A DNA stretch of 64,000 nt. It comes from Tubulanus polymorphus (lineage: Eukaryota > Animalia > Nemertea). Made by a program: the position numbers and the translations under genes. Under the pieces are notes generated by a model, which worked only from the letters and a program-made list of their open reading frames with translations, made no database searches and was not told the DNA's origin. Below are positions 12,059 through 26,188 of the stretch, piece by piece. Positions within the stretch are counted from its first letter, which is position 1, and every line of letters begins with the position of its first letter. The stretch spans positions 21,076,345-21,140,344 of the forward strand of contig NC_134028.1 in assembly GCF_964204645.1 (NCBI RefSeq). The letters run 5' to 3'.

Positions 12059-14509
12059 CTGAAAAGAAAAAACAGAAAATAAGTAAATCATAGTAATCAT
12101 CCCAGCTGGAAACTCAACCAATCAAATGACACCACTTCAAGACACAGTTTAGGGTTAACAAACTTATTTTTAAGTTGTGTAAACTCACATCAAGCTCTGC
12201 CCCCCACCCCCTGGAGTTCAGGTTGATGAAAAAATTTAAGTTCAAAACTGTTAAAATCAATGAAAACCTTACCAACCAAATATTGTATTTTAACTTTCCC
12301 GCATAACTAGTACCCAAAGTGGCAAAGATAGAATTACTTCCAGACATCAAAACGTAAAGTTCTTAATAATTAGCGATGAAAATGATTCCAATTTTGCCTG
12401 GACTCGACCAGGCCACAAATGATAAAAACATCATAAATTCCAAGTACTTTCAAAACTAACCAGCCGGTAACAAAATAAGCTGAAACACTGATAAAACAGA
12501 GCGAACAATTGGGACCACAATTGATAATACTCGTTCATAGACTAGATACTTGAAGCCTTTGCTCTAAAATTTGAACAAAAATGGCTGCCCCGCGAGAAAA
12601 ACTTGACTTTTTTACTGAGATTTTCTTAGTTTTAGTCCTAACTTAAGAAGTCATCGCTAACCCTTATTTAAACAACACTGATCCGGAACAAGAATCGAGC
12701 TTTCAAACTACCGAAATAACGTTGAAAATAACCAGTAATTCATAAGAGAAACTGCTTCATAATCAGATATCGAACTCATTACATGGCGGCCATTTTGATT
12801 CCACATACAACAACTACAACCCTGGAAAACTGAGCAAAAACTGGACTGGTTTTCAGGCGAATAAATCCATCTCCACTACGCTGAATACTCCTTATTTATA
12901 TCCATCCGTTAGATAAAATCCCGTAGAATAGCCGCACAGCATCGGAACGATATTTACCTTTCGATAAACGAGTCATTTTCTATAATACAAATTCGTTATA
13001 TATAAAGTTCTGTTCATCTCCTGTACAAGCACCAGCTATATAATTCAAACCGGGGGACCGTCTCGAAATGTGATCACACTGGAATGTATAACCCATCTAG
13101 ACTGGCTATTTATTATTAAATTAAACCCTTAGAGAAACAAATAATCCAGTCTGTTACCACTTCAGACAATGTTTATAAGATTATTCATTTCCTGCTAAAA
13201 TATATTTAATTCATACAGATCAGGCAATCTTACATTCATAACGCTTATGTTAATTCCCCGATTCCTAAACTACAAATGTATGAATTTTGTTCCCGTTTTT
13301 TCCTATATTCATTCCATATGCTAGTACCAGCACAGCCCAATGCAGCATTTGGACCAGGTCGGGCCTGCCCATTAATCATATGTGAAACATGTTTTGCAAA
13401 TTTTGCATTCTATATTTAATTCTATGCAAATAAATATTATTGTATTGTATTACAAAATCCACACATATCAGCGGCTCACGCGCAACGCGAACAACCGTTT
13501 TCAAATCGGATTAGAATAACTTATTAGTTTCCTCCTAATGATGAACTAATGGTAGACGTGTTGTACAAGTGGAGACGGTCCCCAACTCCTGTACACAAGC
13601 ACCAGCTATATTATTCAAAACTGGGGACTGTCTCGCAATCTGAGCAGTGCAGAATACAAGCACATCCCTGTGCGTGCTGATAACACGATGCAAATCGTTT
13701 CAAATAGCGATTAGAATAACGAATAGCTTCCCAAATAATGAAACGATGCTTTGTCTGCACGATTTCAATTTTGTGTCTATGATTTTTGCGGACTAGCTTC
13801 TGAAGTGCGCACGCATGGAGACGGCCCCTCGCTTTGGGTCGTATTATAATAACAATGCTTATACCGCTATATAGTCTGTTCTACAATAATTGAAGATTAT
13901 TTCTCAAATAGATATAGAAATACAACACTACTGGGCGGTATTACAAATCGACAATTCAGATGAATTAGATCGTAACTGAAATGAAACCCAATCCAGTTGA
14001 TAATTTACATCAAACGTATGAGGTTTTAAGTTAAATTCCACTATTTTTTTTTCTAATTCACAGCTGTAGTTGAAAAGTACTCGTAAAATTGAATGCACTA
14101 TAAAATTGTTTGCAGTTGAAATACAGATCCCAGCAGTAGAAATGGTACCGTTGCAGACAGTGCTAACCCAACACTTCACAAAATATCAAAACAAAAACTA
14201 ATTTGAAAAGAGGTTCCACATTGAAATTCGAATTTTGTAGAACAATCTTTAATTGAACTATAGGTGGTGCTCAAATACAGATTTAATAAGGCCTATCAGA
14301 ACAGATATTCTAGCTGTTTTTCGTTTTAATTACCAAAATTGAGCGAGGAACTCATTCGTAAAAAATTAATGTTCGTCGAAAGATACGACCAGGCTCGTGA
14401 ATAACACTTTGCACGAAAATCTGTGTCGAAATAACCAAACCATTATTTTTCGAACATAAATATCTCATCTATGAAACATATCTTATTTCACCTCGCACAG
14501 ATAAAATAC

Positions 14510-14513
<4 letters not shown>

Positions 14514-14584
<71 letters not shown>
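14514..14584. repeat. (TA)n microsatellite
   Basis: About 35 perfect TA units. Confidence 0.98.
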
Positions 14585-14585
<1 letters not shown>

Positions 14586-14892
14586 TAACATACACAGATT
14601 GGATATAATACGCTATCATTTATGGCTTTAATAGATAATAGTTGATATCAGCATTGTGATAAAGTACATCCATGCATTATCTTAAAAAGTACATCTATCA
14701 TTGAAAATGACCAATTACTTTTTGTTCACATTCAAGGGGAGTGGGGGAGTGGGGAAGGGAAGGGGGTGAGTATTTGCTCAGAAGGATTTCTAGTGTCACA
14801 ACGGTACAGACCTCTACTAGACGCTATCTGATGAGTAGTTTTCAGCAGTTATTTTGACATCAAACATCATATTTCAATAGAAAATGAACTAG

Positions 14893-15155
14893 AGATTTTG
14901 AGTGTGCATTGATATTTTTGAGAGCAGTTGAGTTAAACAGTAGTCGTAATCAGGTTTGAGCACTGGACGTGGAAATTATACTGATTTTGAGTGAAGTTTG
15001 ATATTTTTGAGAGGAGTTGAGGAAACAGTTAGACCCTAGTAGTCGTAGTCAGGTCTGAACACAGAAATAACACTGATTTTGAGTGTAGTTAGATATTTGT
15101 TTAGATGAGTTGCGAAGAAACTACTCTCAAACAGTAGTCGTAGTCAGGTTCTGAA
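14893..15155. repeat. ~90-bp degenerate tandem repeat, 3 copies
   Basis: gattttgagtg...gatatttttgaga...gttga...agtagtcgta(a/g)tcaggt occurs three times. Confidence 0.8.
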
Positions 15156-15485
15156 TGAATGGTAACTTACACTGCGGTGCGTGTGTTTAGTTAGATCTAC
15201 AATAGAAGAAAACGTCGATTCTCATCTATACACAAATTGATATTTACCTCATTAAATGATTACTGGTTTTTATAACGAGTTTTAAACAGCACCTACAACG
15301 ATAAAATGAATGAAACGTGTAGGGCATTAATAAAACGCAAGCACAAGTTTTTCTGTATATCGAGAAATGTTCAATATATAACCTTTCACATTCGCAATCG
15401 AACCGAACGCCTAGTGACTGTAATACTGATTGTGCGTAAACAATGCGTGTAAGTCAAGATGTTTCAGGACTGCTAGAATTTCTAT

Positions 15486-15829
15486 AGCCGCGATCGCACG
15501 GAGACGATTTGGCGCAGAAAATTGCCACAATCAGGCCCGAGTCAAATTTTACCCATGACTTATTGGAGAGAGTGACTTATTGGAGACTGACTTATTGGAG
15601 AGCAAAACACTCTCACTTGACAAACAAAGCGTGGGTCAGTTCCAGTTGCCAGTTCCAATTCAACGCGATAATTTTACCGGTGCTAAAATTTAGCTCCAGC
15701 CTGGTCCGAAGTTTTTGGTCGGGTCGAATCGACCTCGGACAAACAGGCATGGACCTATTTGGCATCCGTGCGAACCGTTGTTCCGCACCAAATATGGCAC
15801 GGGCCAAAAATGCTCGCGTGTTCGCGGCT
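15486..15829. mobile_element. Putative MITE (PIF/Harbinger-like termini)
   Basis: Imperfect TIRs AGCCGCGATCGCACG...CGCGTGTTCGCGGCT; internal (GACTTATTGGAGA)x3. Confidence 0.45.
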
Positions 15830-16157
15830 GCTAACTTTGATAAATGAACTTTTGACGGAGAGAAAAAGACACGGAGCTCAATGTTAGTACCATGTATGGA
15901 CTTTTATGACAACGGTATAGATGAGGTCTACATCGTTATCTCTAGTATGTTTGGGACTATCCTGAAATCCCACCTACAAATAGTAGTGGTTTTCATACAT
16001 TTCAAATCAGTCGGACTATAAAAATTTTACGACTTAGAGGGACCTAGGAAATCTTGATTTCAGGACAGATATTTACTCTTTACTCTATTTCTAGTTCTAT
16101 CTATTACTGGCCAACTTCAACATGTCGAAGATTTTTGCCAGGTACGGACTTTTGTTG

Positions 16158-16275
16158 TTAAATCATTGAGTCGACGAGCACTGATATGTGTCCTGACCGA
16201 AGCGCATTGTTTCACTAGGATTCGAACCCTCAACTCCGTTGTGAGTCAAACACCTTATCCACCATGCCACAGGAC
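16158..16275 (-). mobile_element. tRNA-derived SINE fragment
   Basis: A-box-like TGGCATGGTGG and B-box GGTTCGAATCC at tRNA spacing, followed by a non-tRNA tail; no closing acceptor stem. Confidence 0.6.
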
Positions 16276-16944
16276 AGGACTTTACTTTTACTCGAAAATG
16301 AAAAAGGTAAAAATGGAACCCGAACCATTGTTTCTGCAGCACGGTTTTACCCGAGACGCAATGACGTGCGACGTGACCATATCTCCGTCGAAGCAAATCT
16401 TTTTTATAAATCGACATTTCCGGGGGAGGGGGGCAAGACGAGCGCAAGGCTTCTCTCGAATTTTTTACACATCTACGGCGTTAATCTTTTTAAAAAGTGA
16501 ATCTTGTCTACACGCGAGGCACCGTCGGCAAAAAAATTCCAGATGGTGCCTGAAATAACATCGGCGTACAGTAACCATGGTTACCCGGTCGGTTTGTTAG
16601 AGTATTACAGTCGGCGTCGATATCAGGTAGTTTTATGATATAACTCAAAGTCTACCAATCAAAACATCAACCGCCGAACGACGATCAAATTAATTAGTCT
16701 CGATATCGTCGAGTATGAATCGGCGTTCGTGGATTTCGAATCGAACGAACCGTGGATCCCGAGTTTATAAATAGATCGATTGCGCTCGATTAAAACGATT
16801 CACGAAATTACCAACGTTCGAATAATGAACATCGTCGTCGTCAGCAGCGTTCGTTCATTCGCGCCAGGGCCAAAAAAATACGGGCCGCGTGACATGCAGT
16901 ACACTCGTACAGGCTCGATATTAAAACAACAATATACTTTAATG

Positions 16945-17314
16945 GTAAATTTATGAGACTAGAGCGACACCTAGCGGTAGTATTACTAACTTTTGATACA
17001 GCGTAAAATCATAAGCAATTCTTTTTGACGCCGTTAAAAGCGTTACAATAATGTTTGTATATATTGGTACCTAAAAGTTATATGAGGTTCTGCGTCGGTC
17101 AATGTGCATTACATCATCGATATTGGCGTTTCAATTGTGAATTTCAGCATCTAGTAACTAAATATATTTCATACCTCTTTTATTTTTGACAATCATTTTT
17201 GAGAGGATGTGCGCTACGATCATCAATATATCGGGTTAGACTGGTTGCCAGTCGATTCAATTCAATAATTGATATATTCGAATCTAAAGTAACTTTATCG
17301 ATCCTTGATATCAC
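16945..17314. repeat. Interspersed repeat; diverged inverted copy at about 22511-22975
   Basis: 17225-17284 (atatatcgggttagactggttgccagtcgattcaattcaat...) is the reverse complement of 22532-22591, with further collinear matching blocks. Confidence 0.75.
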
Positions 17315-19589
17315 TTGTGTTTATACGTAATTGATATCATATTTTTTATTGTCGACACAATTACGCAATGCGTGTGGTCGTTCAAGGCATTAAAAAACCT
17401 TCAAGTTAGTTTTCTTGTTAATTACTCGGTCCACGCGAAATTCTTTTCCGTTTGCAAGAATCCAAGAATCTTTTCAAGAATCATTTGCTTGGACACATGT
17501 ATATCGCCCTACTGACAGTTCCCTCCTTCAAAAAATGAGTTCATTTCATTATGAGAATCGTTTAAAAACCTATATTCGGCCTCCCCAAATAAGGTTTGAA
17601 TAGGTCTACCCCGTAAACCGAGCTAGTTAAAAAAAATAGGCCTTGACGATATGCTCTACACTAAGGCATGATTTAGGATTTGTTAGCTGGTGCAAGCTGC
17701 ATAGGTTTGGCTAAATCGGTTTCTCGTCCAGCGGGTGAACTAAACACAAAGAAACATAATGCGTTTCTTGTTTTTCTCTCGCTTTACGTCTCGTAGGAAA
17801 CATGTCATCGTCTATTCTTTTGTCGCTACGCTCAGTAGTGAAAAGTTGCCTAGTCCTAAAATGATCAGCAGCTCGATGGCTGAAAGTGTGCGACAGTCAT
17901 CTTTTTTTTTGTCGGGATTAATCGAAGTAAATGGCTTCAAAACGAACAGACCGATCATACTTCGTACATTAATTCATTATACCATACTACAGAAATAGAA
18001 ACACATCGTTCAAAATTACCATTAAAAATAGAATGACTATCAATGTCTCGAGGACGTCTCAACTCTTCCAGGGCCAGTACAAATATCAACGCCGGTGATC
18101 AGTCAGATCGGCTATATATAGAACTGCGAGATGAGTTTTAAATCTAAGCCACGTAACAGTAAACCTGCGCATGACCGTATATAGTAAAAATGCCAGAGGT
18201 AAAATTGCCATCTAAAGGTTTCAACGCCAGAAGTAAAAATTCCAGGGGTGTAAAAATGCCACGAGGAAATACGCACGAAATACGCACGATATCCGTATAT
18301 TCACATTCAAAATCATTACAACAAAAACATCTTTAACTCATGGCATTTTCACCTCTGGCATTATCACCTGGATTCATGTATGACTACATGCGTATACTGG
18401 GTCCATTCGCGTCCATTCGTGGCTAATTTTGGGTAAAAATTTCGAACTGAACAAAAACAAGTGTCTAATCGTTTGAACTATTCACCACCACACCCTGTTC
18501 GACATTGAATACATTTGTTTTACCGGTTTCATACAGCGGGGTGCGGCAACTACAGCAGCCGTAGCTTGACTCAAATTCATTAACCCATTAGCACTCGATC
18601 CGCCCTGCCTATTACTCCTCAAGCCGCCTGAATCTGCCCGACCCTTTTTTTTCGTCCGCTGCACAAAAACGGATTAGTGGGATTCGAACCCAATTCCTTA
18701 TGATAAACAAGACACCCAAGTCCTCAGAATGCAGTACAGAAATCAACATCTTCCTATTTTAAATTCTCAAGTATTTGGAGTAAAGACATGCCGGATGTGA
18801 GCGTTCAAACTTCAAATCCAAGTAAGTCATCCAAGTAAGTCTGGATGAATTCCGAAGGGGGGGGGGGAGAATGACACGATTTTGGTGGCCCACCTCATCA
18901 AATCTTGTATCATATGAAAGATTTGACTATTTACTACATAATAACACTAACTTTTAGTGCATGAAAATAAACTGGGAATGAGTCGATTCTGTATCGTGAT
19001 AAATGTGGATTTTCCCTTGAATTTTTCAGAGGAGAAATAGAGGCTACATAGTGAAATTCCTGAGTGGGGTTAATAAATCCTGAACATTGTCACGTCGGTT
19101 TCACGTTCGGGTATAGGCAATAGAGTCTCGAGAAACAATTGTTGAGAAACAAAATCATTTTAGAGCAGATTTGATGAATCGGTGATAAACATTCAAAAAT
19201 AGACGTACGTACTGCTTGAATGATAGAGATTAACGCCGATTCAGCGCAGAAAAAGACATATCTTTATAACACAGATAGTTCATAATATATAATTATATCT
19301 ATATAGATAAATATAAATTGTAAAATTAGGGAGACATTGTTTATCGAAACCAAACGTCCATACGTTATTACAACAGGTTAACAGTTTGTGCAATTAAGGT
19401 GAAAATGTAGTTTTCTCGTAATAAAAAAATCAAAAAAAAAAAGATTTGAAATTGAGACGCTTCTTTAAACGCTTCTAGAGATTTTTAATGATAATCGCCA
19501 TTTTGCAAAGTTTCCAGTCGAGGAGGCGAAAGAACTTTCTAGAAGATAACGACAACGAGCTCTGCTGAAATTCATTTCAATCGAACCTA

Positions 19590-19984
19590 AAGCTGCGTTC
19601 ACGCTAGGATTTCCGTACGGTACTAAGCGTTCACACTTGGAAATCATCCGAGGCCTATTCGCGGCTTCTTAAGCATGGAACGCGATTCCGCGCCGAAAAC
19701 CCATTCTCGGTACAGAACTGAGCCGGCCACGAATTTTGTCATGTAAACGCAGATTCGGCGCTTAGCTAGCCGCGTATTTACATCCCCGTAGTACAATACA
19801 CTCGACGCTAATTACACTGCCCTCTATCGGCATACCGGAAGACTACTATACTGGGCTTACTAAGCCCCGAATTGCCGACTCTATGTGTGAACGTAAAAGT
19901 CTGTGTAAGCGTTGTATTTTGGTGAATTCGACACCAGCGAAGTACGGTTCTTCATACGCTCTGAATCTAGTGCGAACGTGGCTT
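19590..19984. mobile_element. Putative PIF/Harbinger-like MITE
   Basis: Imperfect TIRs AAGCTGCGTTCACGCTAG...CTAGTGCGAACGTGGCTT. Confidence 0.55.
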
Positions 19985-20293
19985 ATGCCGATCTAGAATT
20001 GTTGTCGACACCTTCACCGCTCACTCAAACTAGAGTAGTGGTCACAGCTTGTCATTGGCTCATCACCAGTCGTGGTATTGTAATATAATGTAAGCAAAAA
20101 TTCACATTATCCTAAAATGACGTTCACAGAGTTACAGTCCTATAGGCCTGGTATTAATCATCGGGGTGTCGCACCTGATAGCATCTGAACCGAATGAAAC
20201 CTGGTCAGAGAGGCCGCGGTCTGGTATCACGAAAAAGTAAAACTAAATTCTTTGGTTTAGTTGCTGTTGGATACTTCATGCAGTTCAAACCTA

Positions 20294-20632
20294 AAGGAGA
20301 ATTTACCGAATGGTACTCAGTTCTGAGTACCCCAACAGCGCATTTATCGACGAATGTACTTGTTTCGAGGTATGGTACTCGGCACATTTATCCAAGGGTA
20401 TACTCATTTTTGCATACTGTACTTGTCTTACCACGCTCAAGCGCGTGGTAATGCTGGGCATACCCCAGAAAAGAAAATGGCGGCCACTCGTACGCAGTTC
20501 GGCCATATTTGTTGCAACGAAAATCAACGTAGGGGCCTACCTCATTTATCCACAAGGGATACTCAGAATTGAGTACCCTGTACTCGTCGAGTACTGTACC
20601 TGGAATTAGGTACGTTTCGATAAATTCGCCTT
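20294..20632. mobile_element. Putative MITE
   Basis: TIRs AAGGAGAATTTACCGAA...TTCGATAAATTCGCCTT; subterminal palindromes (G)TACTCAG...TGAGTAC at both ends. Confidence 0.6.
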
Positions 20633-20639
20633 GAACTTT

Positions 20640-20755
20640 TTCATGAAAGCGGGCACAGTGCCATTTTCACCCGTCAAGGGATTCGAACCCACTACGCTAA
20701 AGCTGTTCGCCGAACCCCTTGACCTCAAGAGTCGTTGGAGTCGTTACTAGCCGAC
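20640..20755 (-). mobile_element. tRNA-derived SINE-like fragment
   Basis: B-box GGGTTCGAATCCC followed by a tail gggtgaaaatggcactgtgccc; no cloverleaf. Confidence 0.4.
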
Positions 20756-21614
20756 CAGAATCCGGCCGTACCAATCACAGCGCTTGTAACAAACGACTTT
20801 AGGCTTCTATTGGTTTTCCTGTTGAATGGACCAATCAGCGAACGTTTTACTGAACAAGGAAGTATTTTGCAAATCGATATATGACGTCATGCGCAACAGC
20901 GCCAGTAATGAAATCACGCTTCGTGAAGCCAGGGGGCTGGTGGAAGCGAGTTCTGGAGTGATACCGGACCCCTGGCAAGCGAGGATGGCACAGTGCTAAA
21001 ACAACCATATTACAGAGCATATGTGAAATAAAATCAAATAATTACAATACCACCAAATTGTTATTTTTGCGTTTTTTCTTATAGTTAAAACGATATTTTT
21101 GTTCTGCGAATATGTTCTAACCCCGGCTCTGCTTTCAGTGAGTTATTATCCGTATAGGTCGGTTTCGAAGCGATCGGGGCGAGACAAGTGAATAACTGCC
21201 TTATTACCAGACAAACAATGCATACATAGGTATACACAGTCGGTCTGCTTTGTACAGTACCATACATGACACTGAGCCATAATCAATGAGGACACGACAG
21301 TAGAAACAGCTGAACAGTTTATATCAATAAGTTTGTTTTTAAAGCTATTTATGAATATGAATCAGTTTAATACGATACTGAGTATTTCATCAACAACAGT
21401 TCAATATTCAACATCTCGAAAAAAAAGATCCATTGTAACGGCAGAAAAATATCAATAATTGATTTTGATATCGATGATAAAAAATCTAAGCCTAATGGTT
21501 CCCTGACCCGATCCCGGGAGGTAGCTGTGAGGAAGCATTTACATTAGAAACAAAGAAAGCTACTGAAATAAGCCCCAACCCGCCCGAACAGCTAGGCTCT
21601 GGGCTGGCTTAGTG

Positions 21615-21898
21615 CAGGGGCGGATCCAGGGCATGTTGTGACCATGTCGACCAATAAAAAGGGCACATATTCTTAATTTAGGGCGGAAATGCATATCAGC
21701 AAAGATTTTACCATCATTTTAGAGCTTTCTGAGCATCTCTGAGAGGCATTTAGTCAAGAAACATAGGTTATATATTTAGGAAAAATATCTATCGCGTATC
21801 TCAGGTGGTTACGACGGCAAATTTTGATACAGAAAAAAAATAAAAAGGCACTTTAAAATTCCGACCGTGTCAGGCGACACGGTCTAAATCCGCCCCAG
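21615..21898. mobile_element. MITE with AGGGGCGGATCCAG-type TIRs; related termini at about 3654, 54944-54957 and 61563-61796
   Basis: CAGGGGCGGATCCAG...CTAAATCCGCCCCAG. Confidence 0.6.
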
Positions 21899-23741
21899 TA
21901 GCGAATTAGCGAGGAATTTGCCAGGTTAAAAATTACCCAAACACGAAACCACCGAAGATTGAGTAAAACAGTGAAATAACGCTTTATTCCTGGAATGAAC
22001 CGCTCTAAAAGAGGTTCAGCCTACAATGCCTATACGTATATACACATAGGCCTACATATGTATTTTTTGTATCGATCATTATTTTTCATTGAACTAATAG
22101 AGAACATCACTCTGATATGAGACACGAACGCGCAGTGTGCGTAGGTGGGTTTCGTATCCTATTTGGAAACGGAAAATATTGTCGGCGAATGAAGAATTGC
22201 CAAGATAAGAAACGCGCGACCCAATCGGCTAGTAGGTCATAGGCGCAAAGTCTACGCTATAAACTAAACTACGCAGTGACCCGATTCATAAATCGTCCGT
22301 CGCCGAAAATAGAAACAAACTCCAAAATTTGGAGCAACGATAAGCGAGGTTTTAGTACCTGAAGTTATCTTGACTCATGACATCATATACCACACTCAGT
22401 CAGGTGAGGTATGAACAAGAAAACTAACTTGACAGTTTACTGACGCCTTGAAATTCATTGCTTAATATTGTCTCAATAGATAATATATTATTGTAAGTCG
22501 TATAATATTAGTGATGGGTATGGTTATTTCGGATTTGAATATATCGATAATTGAATTGAATTGACCGGCAACCAGTCTAAGCCCCGATATATCGACGACG
22601 TATAGAGGGCATCCTCGAAAAAATAATCCTATCAAAATCTTTCAAACATAAAAAGTTAGAAATAAAGAGATACGAAAACCTAAGAGTTATGAAATATCAA
22701 CACCAGAATTCGCGTCAATTGTAACGTTTATTTTGGAACGCCAATATTGATGACATAGTGCACATCCATTCGCACAGAAAGAAACCCTCACATAATGCAC
22801 ACTAGGTAGCAATATATATAAACTGTAACCGTTTTTACGGCATAAAAAAAAATATCAATCCCAATTTCGTGTAAAACATAATCCTGAATTAGTTGAGTCT
22901 CAACTAATTCGCCATTTCGATAAGTCATCGCATTACTGAAGATGTGTCGCTATTTTTCTAAGTCCCGATTTACATTCGCTATTCGATTAACTAAGTGTAA
23001 GTCGTTTATTTGGATAATATGTCGACAAAAAGATCGTCAAAACTATTAACGACTTAGGAAGCAAGTTCGAGAACGCTGTTTAACCTAATTTACAAATACG
23101 ATCAAACGTTTTATTCTACTTACGTGCAGAATGTAAGAAGGGCGACTATCTAAAAATAGACTATTTTTGTGGTTTCGATCGCCGCGGAATTTCCCATCCG
23201 TGGAGACCGACTAGACGCGAATCGAACTTCGAGAGCTCGCATAAAAACGTTATTCGAATAATGACGAAACCGACGTCGTAAAAATCTAGCGCATAGAAAT
23301 TCCTACAGTCGGCAAAAAATCTAGGCCAATAAGCGTAATGATATACGAATGAACTGGTGGAATCAGGTAGTCAATATCTAATTCATGCGGTTTTAGTATT
23401 GTGTCGCAATACACGTGAATCGTGAGGCAAATACCCGTACAATAGAGAAAACCAGTTTTTTTTAAGGAGATCTTAAAACACACACTGAGTTCCACATACT
23501 CGGATGATTTCCATGCGCGCAGCTCAGTTCGTATTGTTAAGGGCGATGTCGTCGGTTTTGTCATTGCGAATCTATGTTTCCTCGGAGACCGTATTCCATT
23601 AGCGCCGACCTACTGCGGCGAGTGAGGATGGCACCAGGTGTCGCCAGTGGTCGCTAAGTTCTCGCGCTTCGATCTCTAACGCGTTTCTCCGACGTCAATG
23701 AATCATCTAAGAACTAAACTAAACACCTACATTTCAATGGC

Positions 23742-24114
23742 CAGGGATGAAAACGGCCCATATTGAAAAAGTCAGAAAATATTTTCAAAAAAAGAATTCT
23801 TTTGGGGAAGAAAAATCAGTAGGCTAACTCTTAGCCAAAAAACTTACTTCCTTTTGGTCAAAATGTTAATAGTTTGGGCCTGAATTAGAGCCGCTTTTTG
23901 AATGAGACGCCATATTGGTTTCTCCGACTCCACAGTTGTGCTAACAACTGCCGAAAACTGTCATAAGGAGCGCCCCTAACTACGGAGCGCTCCGATGTGA
24001 CGCCCGCGATTGAGGTGATTAAAGCGATTAAGGTGATTTACACTGTTCTCAGGAATAAAGAAAATGTTAGAAAAGGTCGGAAATCCGTCTATGGTCAGAA
24101 GATTTTCATCCCTG
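23742..24114. mobile_element. MITE with CAGGGATGAAAA terminal inverted repeats (hAT-like), copy 1
   Basis: Perfect 12-bp TIRs; highly similar inverted copy at 47707-48056. Confidence 0.85.
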
Positions 24115-25116
24115 AAGCCTAAAAATCCGGATCAAATATTATTTTGATTGATAATTGATTCATCCAAGAGAAAAGTTTATTCGATTTTGTCTGAAACGTA
24201 GAACAAATTGAACGCCGAAGACCGCGTAACTAACTACTAGTGACACCTGGTGGACCCTCACTTAAATTTCAGATTGAAGCATCGGGCTCAGGGTCTGCCG
24301 CGGTCGCTGCGCGATACGGTTAATTATCGCGAACACGCGCTCGAAGGGTTGAAAATAAAATCCACCCGGGGAAAAACCTGTTAGTCGCCATGGCAACCGG
24401 TTTTTTAATCGTATAAAACTGATTCGCGCGAATACTCGCGGTTCGACGAGACTCGGCGCATCGATAAACCATCGTACTTCAGAACACAAAAACGAAACGG
24501 ACGAACTTCGACATTATATATATTCTCCAAACACTTCCCGCTCGATAGCGTGGTGGCGCGGTGACATTATACCCGTCCCGCGGGCCCGGTATTCTATTAG
24601 AAGTAACAAATACTGATAATCACGAACAGTCGGTTCAAAGCAAGGCTACCGGGCGGTAATGTTGTCGTTATTATCTTTATCGCGTACAATACGATGTTGT
24701 GAATGGTGTGGAATCACGAGGAGCAATAAAGTTTTGAATTGAATTGGTGTGTCAGATCTGATCTGGAGTCAACGGATAGACGGAGACACTGCGGAGAAGA
24801 GAGAGGGAGAAAATAGTGAGAAAGAGAGAGCAGAACGGAGAGAGGAGAGAGTGTTTGCAATCTACACAATTCAATTTACTCGGTGGCAAATCGGTCATTA
24901 AATTCGCATACGTCTTATTCATGTGTCAAACGTAGTGATCATACGACGAGAGGGAGAGAGAGAGAGAGGCTCACAGCAAACACAGTCATCACATCATCCC
25001 CGACATACCGATCGTCCGTCCATCCGTCCTCAGAATCATACTTCACAACTATAGAGTTCGAGGAGGGGAGGGGGTGAGCCCATGTTTTCCCATTTATAGT
25101 TCTTCCGTGAAATTAC

Positions 25117-25245
25117 CTCAGCGATTATACAACAAGCAATTTGATTGGTGCCGCAAGTTTTCGTGCAGCAAAGCTGCGCATTGTTCCTGCGCACCCGGTC
25201 TACTGTGGCAGGGGTTCGTGCCGTGGCTGAGTGAAGCGATGCCAT
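25117..25245 (-). other. Candidate alternative first (possibly coding) exon of TNRC6, MASLHSATARTP...CCIIAE
   Basis: ATG at 25245 reads open to a gag|GTAATT donor at 25115-25116 in phase 0, compatible with the acceptor at 11212. It lies in a CpG-rich island. No homology recognised. Confidence 0.35.
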
Positions 25246-25822
25246 CGGGTTCGAATCCCTGCCGCAGGAGGATGCTGTGGCGAGTGAGAAGTCACTACTG
25301 ATATTAGTTAGTAGATTTAGTAAGTTAAGTCTTGCGCGTTCGATTTCTAATATATTTGTTGGTAGATTGATCGAGTTTACATCGATCCGGTTTAAACTTG
25401 ATCTTCGCACACGTATGATCGTCACGGCATCTGGTGGCGTGACGGTTCACCGGGTCGCCAATCGACGCGATCCGTTCATTTTTTCGAGGGTCTTTTCATC
25501 GGATCGATGCGCTGTGGCGGTTGCGCGAGCGGATAAACCAGATTAACCTACGTCATCATCATCATCATCATCGCGCACCGAATACTAACACTGCAGACGG
25601 CATAACCAACATTCCAACGTCTAATCGGGCTTCCCTGTTGTATAAATTTAGAATCCTCGTATAAACCCGCGCGAGCATGTAAACAGCGGCGAGTGTTTTT
25701 CGAACAGTGTATTATATAGATTACAATGAAAACATACTTATGTTCACATCACTGAAAATAGATCCACATATTTCACCGATCCAGTTAGAAACGATGAGAT
25801 CGGGTGAATACTCGTGATTCTA

Positions 25823-26188
25823 CGCAGCTCTCCTGGCGTTCTATGTTCGAGATTTACATTCAGAAAATTCCAGATTCCCAAACATTTTCTACAAAACGAT
25901 GCCTTCGTTTGAGAGAAAGTGCCATTTTCGGGTTATTCTGGATTAAGTTGACCTAATTAAGTTTAGAGTTGACCTCATTGAGAGTAGCATCGACCTAAGT
26001 AGAATCGCAGCTCTCCTGGTGTTCTATGTTCGAGATTTACATTTGGAAAATTCCAGATTCCCAAACATTTTCTACAAAACGATGCCTTTGTTCGAGAGAA
26101 AGTGCCATTTTCGGTTTTTTTCTGGATTAAGTTGACCTAATTAAGTTTAGAGTTGACCTCATTGAGAGTAGCATCGACCTAAGTAAAA
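25823..26188. repeat. Tandem direct duplication, 2 x ~183 bp
   Basis: cgcagctctcctgg(c/t)gttctatgttcgagatttacatt... starts at both 25823 and 26006. Confidence 0.9.

Noticed and set aside
16158-16275. Functional tRNA gene
   Set aside because: A and B boxes are present but there is no acceptor-stem pairing or T-run terminator; treated as a SINE head.
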